This document shows positions 51,760-60,343 of a stretch of DNA of 64,000 nucleotides, piece after piece. Position 1 is the first letter of the stretch. Every line of letters starts with the position of its first letter. Source of the DNA: an uncultured Arcobacter sp. Lineage in GTDB: Bacteria > Campylobacterota > Campylobacteria > Campylobacterales > Arcobacteraceae. The notes beneath the pieces are model-generated. The model ran no database searches, was not told where the DNA came from, and saw only the letters and a list, made by a program, of their open reading frames with translations. Made by a program: the position numbers and the translations under genes. The stretch is taken from assembly GCA_965140705.1 (NCBI GenBank), contig OZ223300.1, forward strand, positions 608,001 to 672,000, read 5' to 3'.

Positions 51760-52524
51760 ATGAACAAAAGTTCGAATTTGTCATCGGTAGAAAATGCACT
51801 TAAAATTCTTGAATGTTTTACAATAGATGAAACAGAAAAAAGAGTAACTCAAATAGCAAATGAATTGGATTTGGCAAAAAGTACAGTAAGTAGACTTTTA
51901 AAAACATTGTTAAATAAAGGTTATGTAAAAAAGAATCCAGAAACACAAAAATTCTCATTAGGAACAAAAATTTTAACCTTGTATAGCTCTTTAATGGCAG
52001 AGATGGAAGTTGTAAAAGAGGCTCATCCTATTTTAGAAGCTTTAGTAAAAGAGACTTCTGAATCTGTTCAGTTGGCAGAATTGGAAGGCTCGGATGTTAT
52101 ATATATGGAACAGATAAAATCAAACTATCCCATGCAAATCTTTGCACATATAGGAAGAATCAATCCAGTGCATTGCACAAGTTCAGGAAAATTACTTTTA
52201 GCATATCAAGATGTGGAAGTTATTGAAGATATTCTAAGTCATGACTTGAAAAAATATACTTCACGTACTATTACTGATGTAGATATTTTAAAAAGGGAGC
52301 TTTTAGAAATAAGAGGTTTGGGTTATTGTTTTATTGAGAGTGAGTTTATAGATGGTATTGTTTCTATTGCTGCTCCAATAAGGGATTATAATAAAAAGGT
52401 GATAGCTGCTGTTTCTTTAGTAGGACCAATACAAAGGATTAGCGGGGATAAAGTTCCTAGGTTTATAAATAAGGTAGTGGAAGCTGCAAAGAATATTTCT
52501 TTGCAGATGGGGTATATAGGCTAG
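51760..52524 (+). CDS. IclR family regulator, probable pobA regulator
   Basis: SSVENALKILE, LAKSTVSRLLKTL, HCTSSGKLLLA, SIAAPIRD. Confidence 0.9.
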   Translation: MNKSSNLSSVENALKILECFTIDETEKRVTQIANELDLAKSTVSRLLKTLLNKGYVKKNPETQKFSLGTKILTLYSSLMAEMEVVKEAHPILEALVKETSESVQLAELEGSDVIYMEQIKSNYPMQIFAHIGRINPVHCTSSGKLLLAYQDVEVIEDILSHDLKKYTSRTITDVDILKRELLEIRGLGYCFIESEFIDGIVSIAAPIRDYNKKVIAAVSLVGPIQRISGDKVPRFINKVVEAAKNISLQMGYIG

Positions 52525-52540
52525 GGTGGTCGTTAGTTGT

Positions 52541-53374
52541 TTATTTTAAGTAATATTTATAGTCTTTGTTTACAAGAGTATAATCACTTACATTTATATT
52601 AGATAAGTGACCATTATTTTTAAAAAATCGTGCAAAATTCATAATTGAATGATATTCAATTCCTTTAATTAGATAATGAAATTTTGGATGAATAATTTCA
52701 TATCTAAATTTATTCCAATTTGGAATTTCTTGTCTATGAGGTTTCACTCTATTTCCTAATCTTTTTGCACTTCCAATATATATTTGTTTATTAATTTCAT
52801 CTTGAAGATAATATACAACAAAAGGTACATCTACATGTTCTGGAAGTTTATCTCTATCAATCCATTTTGTATATTTTGTTATCATTTGTGTATCGTAATT
52901 GATATCACTATTTAGCCAACCAAAAACATTTTCATCAATTAATTTCTTAAATAATTCAGCATATGGTGTTTCAACTTTTATAAAAGTTGAAATTTTAATT
53001 TCATCTACAGAAAGTGGCTCAAAAATCATTACTTCCTGATTACCACCAGTTAATTTTGTTATATAGTATTTTTCTTCTGCATTTGCTACAAAGTTTTGAC
53101 TAACAATTGCTATATAGCTTTGAATAAATTCTTGTTTTAATGCTGCTTGCAATTTAGGAGAATTATCCCATCTTAATTGATATACAGGTTTTTTATTTTT
53201 AATATTTACATAACTAATTTTTGCCTGATATTTTTTATTTCCCCATTTTAATGTGATGGGTCTTGATGTACCAATATTAAGGGGATGTCCCATTAAAAAC
53301 AATGATTCATATTTTTTTGTAATGGTTATGCCATATTTGAAAAATGATTTATCTACTTTTTTATAATATTCCAT
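52541..53374 (-). CDS. Putative nuclease with C-terminal GIY-YIG domain and uncharacterised N-terminal domain
   Basis: VVY-x10-YIG followed by R (LGNRV), E (GIEY) and N (LVNK) in GIY-YIG order. Confidence 0.65.
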   Translation of the reverse strand: MEYYKKVDKSFFKYGITITKKYESLFLMGHPLNIGTSRPITLKWGNKKYQAKISYVNIKNKKPVYQLRWDNSPKLQAALKQEFIQSYIAIVSQNFVANAEEKYYITKLTGGNQEVMIFEPLSVDEIKISTFIKVETPYAELFKKLIDENVFGWLNSDINYDTQMITKYTKWIDRDKLPEHVDVPFVVYYLQDEINKQIYIGSAKRLGNRVKPHRQEIPNWNKFRYEIIHPKFHYLIKGIEYHSIMNFARFFKNNGHLSNINVSDYTLVNKDYKYYLK

Positions 53375-53480
53375 TTAACCCCTTAATATATACTATTTAT
53401 TAATTATATATTTTATGTAAAATAGCCTTAAATTAGTGATATTACTAATTTAAAAGTATTAATTTCTTTATTATTCATGA

Positions 53481-53696
53481 ACACCTAAAGGTCTTCGCAT
53501 CTCTTACTTTTTGATCTCGAAAAAGTAAGCAAAAAAGACTGCCGAGTTGATGAAGGCAAAGATCCCTTCCAGTTAAATATTTATTTTCTGCCCTGCAAAA
53601 CTCACTAAAATGACCGTTTAGGTCATTTTTTAACGCTCAAACAGTTTCGGGCTTTACCGAAAATAAATATCTAACTTCCAGCTTCATCAAAGGCAG
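53481..53696 (+). repeat. Structured non-coding element, copy A
   Basis: Nested stems: cttacttttt/aaaaagtaag, ctgcc/ggcag, ttgatgaag/cttcatcaa, agttaaatatttattttc/gaaaataaatatctaact, gccc/gggc, aaaatgacc-gttta-ggtcatttt. Confidence 0.8.
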
Positions 53697-53788
53697 AAAG
53701 AAATACCTATAGTTCAAACTATCATTTGTAAATTTACTAAATAGAAGTTAGAAGTCTAAATAAATTAAAAGTGAAAATGTCCTTATCC

Positions 53789-54014
53789 CACCTTTGATAC
53801 CAACATTTACAGAAGCTGAGCGTTTGTTTTAGCTTTTCGGAAAAGACTTGCAACTGTTTGAGTAAATAAATATGCTAAACGCATATTTATTTATGAGTTT
53901 TGCAAGACAGAAAAGATAAAACAATAAGCGAAGGAACCCAAAGGGCTTCGCAACCGTTGGTGGTTTTGCTTACTTTGTCCATACAAAGTAAGAAGAGCGG
54001 AGAGGTTTACCTCT
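53789..54014 (-). repeat. Structured non-coding element, copy B (inverted relative to copy A)
   Basis: Stems on + strand: accaac/gttggt, ttgttttagcttttc/gaaaagataaaacaa, cttgcaa/ttgcaag, taaataaatatgc-taaac-gcatatttattta, cttactttgt/acaaagtaag; shares junction motifs with copy A. Confidence 0.8.
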
Positions 54015-54073
54015 TCAAGAGAGATGTAAGAATAAAAGAAAGAGTAAAAGATACTCTTCTTTTTTAGCAGATT

Positions 54074-55123
54074 TTATTCATTACTTATATACTGCTCTTC
54101 TTCCCTCTTAATCATCTTATTCAAAATCCTTCTCGCAAGTTTTCCACCTGCATCGATATCTAAGCTGATTAAACTTTTTTCAGGAAATCTTTCAAGATTT
54201 TGTTGTTGAAATTCTAGTACTTCTAAATCTTCTTCAAAAATTCCACCTTGACCTTTTAAAATATCAGCTGTTAGTTGTTCATTTTCAGGACTATAATTTC
54301 TTGCCATTCCCCAAAAATACCACATGGTAGTGTCACTTTCTGGTGTCATAAAATCAACAACGACAGATCTAACTTTATCTTTTTTTGGAGCATCTTTACC
54401 ACCTTTTCCTTTATATGCTACTCCAACATCTATAAATATTGCAGCTGGTGGGACAAATTTTGATTTTTGCCAACGATCAACTTTTTTTGTGGGATCTAGG
54501 TTGTTATTTTTCATACAAAATGCCCAAAAGGGTGGGGCTGTGATATCATTCATATATCTACTTGTAACAATATATCCATCTTCTTCTTGTGTAATAACTG
54601 GGCTTTCATCAATCTCTTCTTGCCCAATACTTGTACCATGAACATATTTTTCATGGGTTAAATCCATCAAGTTATCAATCATAAATCTATAATCACATTT
54701 TATATTAAAAACACCACCTGCAAAAGCCCATTCGGGATTGTTGTCCCATTCAAGAAATGGGATTAATGAAACATCAGCTTTTTCACTTTTCCCTGGCCAA
54801 AGCCAGATATAACCATACTTTTCTTCAACAGTATAATATTTTGCACAGGGTATTTTTTTTGGATTTTGTTCTGGCATATCAAGTATTTTACCTTGGCAAC
54901 CAACTTTTAGTCCATGATAACCACAAACTAAACCATCACCTTCTATATATCCTAATGATAAAGCTGCTCCCCTATGAGGACAAAAATCTTCAAGGGCGAT
55001 AACTTTATTATCACTTGTACGATAAAAAACCAAATTTACATTACAAACTTTACGACCTAAAGGTTTATCTTGTAGTTCAGCAGAAGTTGCTGCTACATAC
55101 CAAGCATTTTTTGGAAATAACAT
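54074..55123 (-). CDS. vanA: Vanillate O-demethylase Rieske oxygenase subunit
   Basis: FPKNAWYVA, EDFCPHRGAALSLG, CGYHG, DNLMDLTHE.YVH, VDRWQ, FWGMARN, QGGIF.ED. Confidence 0.92.
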   Translation of the reverse strand: MLFPKNAWYVAATSAELQDKPLGRKVCNVNLVFYRTSDNKVIALEDFCPHRGAALSLGYIEGDGLVCGYHGLKVGCQGKILDMPEQNPKKIPCAKYYTVEEKYGYIWLWPGKSEKADVSLIPFLEWDNNPEWAFAGGVFNIKCDYRFMIDNLMDLTHEKYVHGTSIGQEEIDESPVITQEEDGYIVTSRYMNDITAPPFWAFCMKNNNLDPTKKVDRWQKSKFVPPAAIFIDVGVAYKGKGGKDAPKKDKVRSVVVDFMTPESDTTMWYFWGMARNYSPENEQLTADILKGQGGIFEEDLEVLEFQQQNLERFPEKSLISLDIDAGGKLARRILNKMIKREEEQYISNE

Positions 55124-55143
55124 ATTTTTTTACCTACCTTTTT

Positions 55144-55845
55144 TTAGTTAAAAAGCCAATTTTTAATCGCTTTAGATACTTCTTTTGGAAATTCAGCTGG
55201 GGCCATATGTCCTGCTTTTTCTATAACAATTAATTGACTATTGGAGATATGTTTTTGCATCTCTTCATGTTGAGAAATTGGACTCCACTTATCTTCTGTT
55301 CCACTTAATAATAGAGTTGGAATTTTTATTGATGAAAGAATACTTAGAGCATCTGGACGATTTATTAGTGCTTTAATTTGTTTTAAATACTCTTCCTTAC
55401 TATATGAAAGAACCATTTTTTCAAGTTTTGACATAAGTGGTTTATTATTTAATCCCATCTCACTCATCATTGGTGGTAGCCATTGTTTCATAAGGGCATT
55501 TATGCCTTCATTTTTAGCGATGTTTATGAGAGTCTCTCTACCTTCTATCTCTTTTTGGCTAACACCATGAACTCCTGTATTAAACAAAGCTAATTTTTTA
55601 ACTCTTTTGGGAGCTTGTTTCATTATTTCTAATGCAACTCTACCTCCCATTGAATGACCCACTAAACAAAAAGTTTCTGGGGAATTGTCAAGTACTTTTT
55701 TAGCCATATTTTCTATAGAATCATAGCCTTTAAATGAAATCAGATATGTACTTACACTATCTTTTAAATTATTTGCTACATCAAACCAAATAGTTTCATC
55801 ACATAATAATCCAGAAAGTAATACCAATGACTCTTTTTGTTTCAT
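55144..55845 (-). CDS. Alpha/beta hydrolase
   Basis: GHSMGG nucleophile elbow, G.ED, AGHM. Confidence 0.88.
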   Translation of the reverse strand: MKQKESLVLLSGLLCDETIWFDVANNLKDSVSTYLISFKGYDSIENMAKKVLDNSPETFCLVGHSMGGRVALEIMKQAPKRVKKLALFNTGVHGVSQKEIEGRETLINIAKNEGINALMKQWLPPMMSEMGLNNKPLMSKLEKMVLSYSKEEYLKQIKALINRPDALSILSSIKIPTLLLSGTEDKWSPISQHEEMQKHISNSQLIVIEKAGHMAPAEFPKEVSKAIKNWLFN

Positions 55846-55859
55846 TTTAAAATCCTAAT

Positions 55860-56891
55860 CTATTTTGAGTTTTCTTTAATAGCTTTTCTTGCTTCATTAA
55901 CAAGTTTTTGACCATCAATACCTTTTTTATCTACTTCTTTAATCCATCTTTCTACAACTCTTTCTCCAGCTTCATCAAACTTTTTTGTAGCTTCTTTGCT
56001 TAAAGTATTAATTTCTCCACCAGAAGCTAACTGCATTTTCATTCCTGGTTTTTCTACATCCATCCATATTTGTCCTACTCTTTTAACTTCATCCAAATCA
56101 ACACTTTTTTTGATAAGTGATTGTAAATCTTTTGGTAAAGAATCAAATTTATGCTTATTCATTAAAAGCAAAAATACAGAAGTACCAAATCTTTCTCCTC
56201 CATATCCTAGTGTTGAGTATTTAGTTAGTTGATCAAACTTAAAAGCAGGGAATACTTCAAAAGGTATCAATGCTCCATCTACTGCATGTTTAGAAAGTGC
56301 TTGAGGAAGTGTTGGAAGAGGCATACCTACTGGTTCTGCTCCCAATTCTTCAATAAACCATCCCCCTGTTCTTGAGGGTGTTCTGATTTTTAAACCTTTT
56401 AAATCTTCAATTGATGTTATTTTTTTATCTACTGTATGAAGTACATTACCTTTGTGAACATAAACCATAAGTGGTACAATATCTTTATAATCATCTTTGA
56501 TTAAGTCAAAATTCTTTTTGATAGCAACTGATGTTGCAAGAGATGAACTATGGTGCACAGTTGGCAATTCAAATACTTCTGTTCTTGGAAAAACACCAGG
56601 AGTATAGGCAGAAACAGTCCATACAATATCAACACTTCCTTCTCTTGCTTGTTTAAAGAGTTCATTAGGTTTTCCACCTAAAGTCATTGAGGGATATATC
56701 TCAATTTTTAATCTACCTTTTGACATTTTTTCAAGTTTTTTTGCCCATGGAACAAGAAATTTTGTTTGGGTAGGAGCCTTTGGACTATGTAAATGGTGTA
56801 ATATTAATGTTATAGGCTTTTCTTTTGCCCATAATGTGTTTGACAAGAGTGCTAAACTTGCCAATAAAACAACTAGTTTTATAGATTTCAT
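55860..56891 (-). CDS. dctP: TRAP substrate-binding protein (DctP paralogue 3)
   Basis: YTPGVFPRTEVFELP, GLKIRTPSR. Confidence 0.9.
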   Translation of the reverse strand: MKSIKLVVLLASLALLSNTLWAKEKPITLILHHLHSPKAPTQTKFLVPWAKKLEKMSKGRLKIEIYPSMTLGGKPNELFKQAREGSVDIVWTVSAYTPGVFPRTEVFELPTVHHSSSLATSVAIKKNFDLIKDDYKDIVPLMVYVHKGNVLHTVDKKITSIEDLKGLKIRTPSRTGGWFIEELGAEPVGMPLPTLPQALSKHAVDGALIPFEVFPAFKFDQLTKYSTLGYGGERFGTSVFLLLMNKHKFDSLPKDLQSLIKKSVDLDEVKRVGQIWMDVEKPGMKMQLASGGEINTLSKEATKKFDEAGERVVERWIKEVDKKGIDGQKLVNEARKAIKENSK

Positions 56892-56923
56892 TATATTGTC
56901 CTTTATAAATATTTAATTATGAT

Positions 56924-56949
56924 TATCAAGAATAAAAATATTCTTGATA
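56924..56949. other. Intercistronic inverted repeat between mobA and dctP
   Basis: tatcaagaata-aaaa-tattcttgata. Confidence 0.6.
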
Positions 56950-56970
56950 CCTATAAATTGTAATCTTTTG

Positions 56971-58851
56971 TTAATTCTTTTTTAAAAGAATATTTGAAAA
57001 GAATATTTTTAGTTCATCATATGCATCTAGCGGTAAAACGTGTGCTACATATTGATCAGGACGAACTATAACCATGACTCCTTGATATCTATTTATTTCA
57101 CGCATATCATAAATATCATTTCCATTTTTTAAATCACTACAATACATTTTTTCATAATCTTTAAGTGAATACTTGCCTACTAATGGTTTTAATATTGAAG
57201 GCATTTCTTCAAATTCGATGTTGTGATGGTTTTGTTGAAAAATACCATAAACACTAATTACAGAATCAATATCTTCATCTTTTGGTGTATATATATTTAT
57301 AGGTGAATCTTCTGCTTCTTCTAAAAATTTACACAATTTGTAGATTTTTGAATCAGAATCGCTTGGAACACTTGCATCTGAGAAGGCATAAATTCGCCAT
57401 TTAGTATCTGCTTTAATTGTTTCTCCAAGTTGAATAGTTTTAGCATCAGCTAGTCTAACAACAGGAGCAGAATGAAATCGTTTCCCTATTTCAAAGCCAG
57501 GAGCTAACTCTTGCCAAGTATCCTTACCTGTTAATATTGAAGGTAAATATTTAACTGATAATCCTGCTGTAAAGTTTCCACCTTCTATAAAATGTTCTTT
57601 TACTGCATTAACATTGGTTTTAGCTATTGGTGCACTCATAACACGTGACCATTTATGGTCATAATCAATTAATCCCTGTGCTACTTTTTGTCTCTCTTCT
57701 GAATATGTATGTAATAATGTTGCGTCACTTTTTCCAAGAAGAACTGAAATTAGTTTCCATCCTAAGTTAAAAGTATCACCCATTGAGACATTCATCCCTT
57801 GTCCAGCTTTTGCACTATGAGTATGGCAGGCATCACCTGCAATAAATACATGTGGTAAATGGGTACCAATCTCTTCTTCAAGAACATCATCAAATTTATC
57901 AGTTAGGCTATGACCAACTTCATAAACAGACCACCAAGAAACTTCTTTTACATCAAAATCATAGGGTTTAAATATATTTTTACTTACTTCAATCAAACGT
58001 TCTAAGCTAATAGATTTACTATCTCCTACTTCTTTAAGCTTGTTTAGTTCTACATAAATACGAACTAAATGTCCACCTTCTCTTGGAATTAAAAGAATAT
58101 TTCCTTCTGTAGCTGATTTGATAATACATTTATAACGAATATCTGGAAAATTTGTTGATGGTAAAACATCCATCACTCCCCAAGCTTGACCCTCTCTATC
58201 ACCTTTTAATTCTCTATTAATACTTTTTCTAACCAAACTTCTAGCACCATCACAACCAACAATATATTTTGAACGTATTGTTTTTGTATTTCCATTGTGC
58301 TCTAATGTTGCTAGTATTGGATACTCATTTGTACGATTTATTTCTAATTTTATTAGTTTGTGACTATAGTCAACTTCTAATCTTGAAGGTGAATTTCGCA
58401 TAAAATTAAGATACATATCGTGTATTCGAGCTTGATTAAGTATGATATGAGGCATTTCAGATAATCCATCTTTTACATCTTGAACACGTGCATTACGTGT
58501 GATATTAGAGGGATTTTTAGAAGCAGGTTTCCAAAAGTTTGTTTCATTTACCCAATAACCTTCTTTTAACACTTGTTGAGCAAAACCAAATGCATTAAAC
58601 ATTTCCATAGAACGACATGAAACTCCATCAGCTTGTCCAAGTATCATTGGAGCATCTTTTTGTTCTATTATTCTAGTCCTTATTTGGGGAAAAGAAGAAA
58701 GTTGTGCGGCTAAAGTAAGCCCTGCAGGACCACTACCTATAATTAAAACATCAAGTTCTTCTGGGATCTCACCTTGTTTAGTCTCATGTCCTTTAGCTGG
58801 AAGAGAGATATCAGGATCACCTGCTTGAAAACCATTTGTATGAAATTGCAT
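56971..58851 (-). CDS. mobA: 3-hydroxybenzoate 4-monooxygenase (phenol hydroxylase family)
   Basis: MQFH.NGF..G.P N-terminus, GPAGLTLAAQL, LGQADG, QD..DGLSE.PH.ILNQAR, GDACHTHS.KAGQGMN, VRPDQYVA; recalled similarity to Comamonas MobA. Confidence 0.85.
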   Translation of the reverse strand: MQFHTNGFQAGDPDISLPAKGHETKQGEIPEELDVLIIGSGPAGLTLAAQLSSFPQIRTRIIEQKDAPMILGQADGVSCRSMEMFNAFGFAQQVLKEGYWVNETNFWKPASKNPSNITRNARVQDVKDGLSEMPHIILNQARIHDMYLNFMRNSPSRLEVDYSHKLIKLEINRTNEYPILATLEHNGNTKTIRSKYIVGCDGARSLVRKSINRELKGDREGQAWGVMDVLPSTNFPDIRYKCIIKSATEGNILLIPREGGHLVRIYVELNKLKEVGDSKSISLERLIEVSKNIFKPYDFDVKEVSWWSVYEVGHSLTDKFDDVLEEEIGTHLPHVFIAGDACHTHSAKAGQGMNVSMGDTFNLGWKLISVLLGKSDATLLHTYSEERQKVAQGLIDYDHKWSRVMSAPIAKTNVNAVKEHFIEGGNFTAGLSVKYLPSILTGKDTWQELAPGFEIGKRFHSAPVVRLADAKTIQLGETIKADTKWRIYAFSDASVPSDSDSKIYKLCKFLEEAEDSPINIYTPKDEDIDSVISVYGIFQQNHHNIEFEEMPSILKPLVGKYSLKDYEKMYCSDLKNGNDIYDMREINRYQGVMVIVRPDQYVAHVLPLDAYDELKIFFSNILLKKN

Positions 58852-58920
58852 TGTATACTCCTTTTTTGATAGTTTTTATTAGTAAAGTAGCAGTTAAAAT
58901 ATCTGCTACTTTAAAATCAA

Positions 58921-60219
58921 TTAGAATTTATATGTTAAATAAAGTTTACCAATTGTCAATTTATCATCAGAACCAGGAGTTGGACTATCTAAATCAACAA
59001 ATCCTAATTGCAATCTTGTTGAAAGTCCTTTTGTAATTTTATATCTTAAATCAGCTTGAATCTCTGAAGCCCCATCCATATTTCCACCTCTTGAAGCATT
59101 CGCTATTCCTTTATCAGTTTGAGAATATCTAGAGTAAGCAAATAATGAAAATACTCCAGGTATTAATTTAGGAATTACCATAAGAGAAGTTGAACTCATA
59201 CCTGCATAAAAGTTATCTGTGAACATTTGCCCACCATTATATTTAAAGAAATTAGGTACATGTCCTAAAGTTCCTATGTAATCACCATCATCACCAACTC
59301 TTGTATATGCAAGTTTAAATGCAGTTTCACCAATTTTACCACCTAATTTGATACCATACATATGTGTATCATTTTTATCAAGTAACTTTGGAGCACCAGT
59401 TGATACCGTACTATCATAATCAGCTACTGCATAAAAACTTCCAATTGAAAGTGGCATACCTACAGGTAATTTATAATCAAATGCACCAAAATATGTTTTA
59501 TATGAACCATTTGTAGCTACTGGTGCATCAGTTGGATTACCTTTATCATCTCTAACACCTAAGTATTGAGCTTCTAAAGTTAAGTTTTTAATACTTTTAT
59601 TTTTTACATATAAAGATACAGTTGGTTTTTCCCATCTAATAATTCTTGAACTATCTGTTGTACTATATCTTTCAATCCATGCTTTTAAAACGTAAAATTT
59701 AATTTCTGTATCAGGTATATATTTACTTACAATTGATAATCCATTAAAAGTATCTACCAATGGATTTGAATTTGAATAAGATATTAATTGAGTTGAAATT
59801 AATTGTCTACCAACTTTAATTTCTGTTTTTCCAGTAGCATATGCAAGATTTGCAAGATAAAGGTTTGATCCTTCTTGTGTTACTCTACTTTCATTTTCAT
59901 TATAAAAATTAGGTGCATCAGCTTTTGCATCTGTATTTTCAATATCAAAACTATGTGCTGTTTGAAAACCTACTTCAGCACTAAAACCTTTATAATCTGC
60001 TGTTTTATATCCTAATTGTAAAGCAATTGCAGAAGAGTTTGCATTGTTATATGGACCAACTTCAGTTTCATCTGTATATGAACTCATTACTGTAACAGAT
60101 CTAACTTCCCCTTTTATCTTGCCCCCACTTAATGACTCTTGTAAAGTCGTTGCATTTGCACTCATTCCGATTGCACAAGCTGCTGCTAGTGCAATATAAT
60201 TTTTATTAAATTTTTTCAT
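58921..60219 (-). CDS. Outer-membrane porin (OprD / epsilonproteobacterial MOMP-like)
   Basis: Signal peptide, LGYKTA.Y.GF, KVGRQ, amphipathic beta strands, C-terminal YKF. Confidence 0.8.
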   Translation of the reverse strand: MKKFNKNYIALAAACAIGMSANATTLQESLSGGKIKGEVRSVTVMSSYTDETEVGPYNNANSSAIALQLGYKTADYKGFSAEVGFQTAHSFDIENTDAKADAPNFYNENESRVTQEGSNLYLANLAYATGKTEIKVGRQLISTQLISYSNSNPLVDTFNGLSIVSKYIPDTEIKFYVLKAWIERYSTTDSSRIIRWEKPTVSLYVKNKSIKNLTLEAQYLGVRDDKGNPTDAPVATNGSYKTYFGAFDYKLPVGMPLSIGSFYAVADYDSTVSTGAPKLLDKNDTHMYGIKLGGKIGETAFKLAYTRVGDDGDYIGTLGHVPNFFKYNGGQMFTDNFYAGMSSTSLMVIPKLIPGVFSLFAYSRYSQTDKGIANASRGGNMDGASEIQADLRYKITKGLSTRLQLGFVDLDSPTPGSDDKLTIGKLYLTYKF

Positions 60220-60247
60220 TTCTTCCCCTTTGTTATTTTTTAATTTT

Positions 60248-60332
60248 TTAATAAGTTATAAACTTATTAATTTAATTTTAAAAGAACCCCTTCTTTTAAA
60301 ATATAAAACTTAAAAATATAAGTTTTATATTT
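60248..60332. other. Three tandem AT-rich inverted repeats between dctM and the porin gene
   Basis: ttaataagtt/aacttattaa, ttttaaaagaa/ttcttttaaaa, aaatataaaactta/taagttttatattt. Confidence 0.65.
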
Positions 60333-60343
60333 AATTTAGCTAT

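Noticed and set aside
53481..54014. CRISPR array, tRNA or IS interpretation of the structured region
   Set aside because: No direct repeat-spacer periodicity, cloverleaf, transposase or clear target-site duplication is visible.
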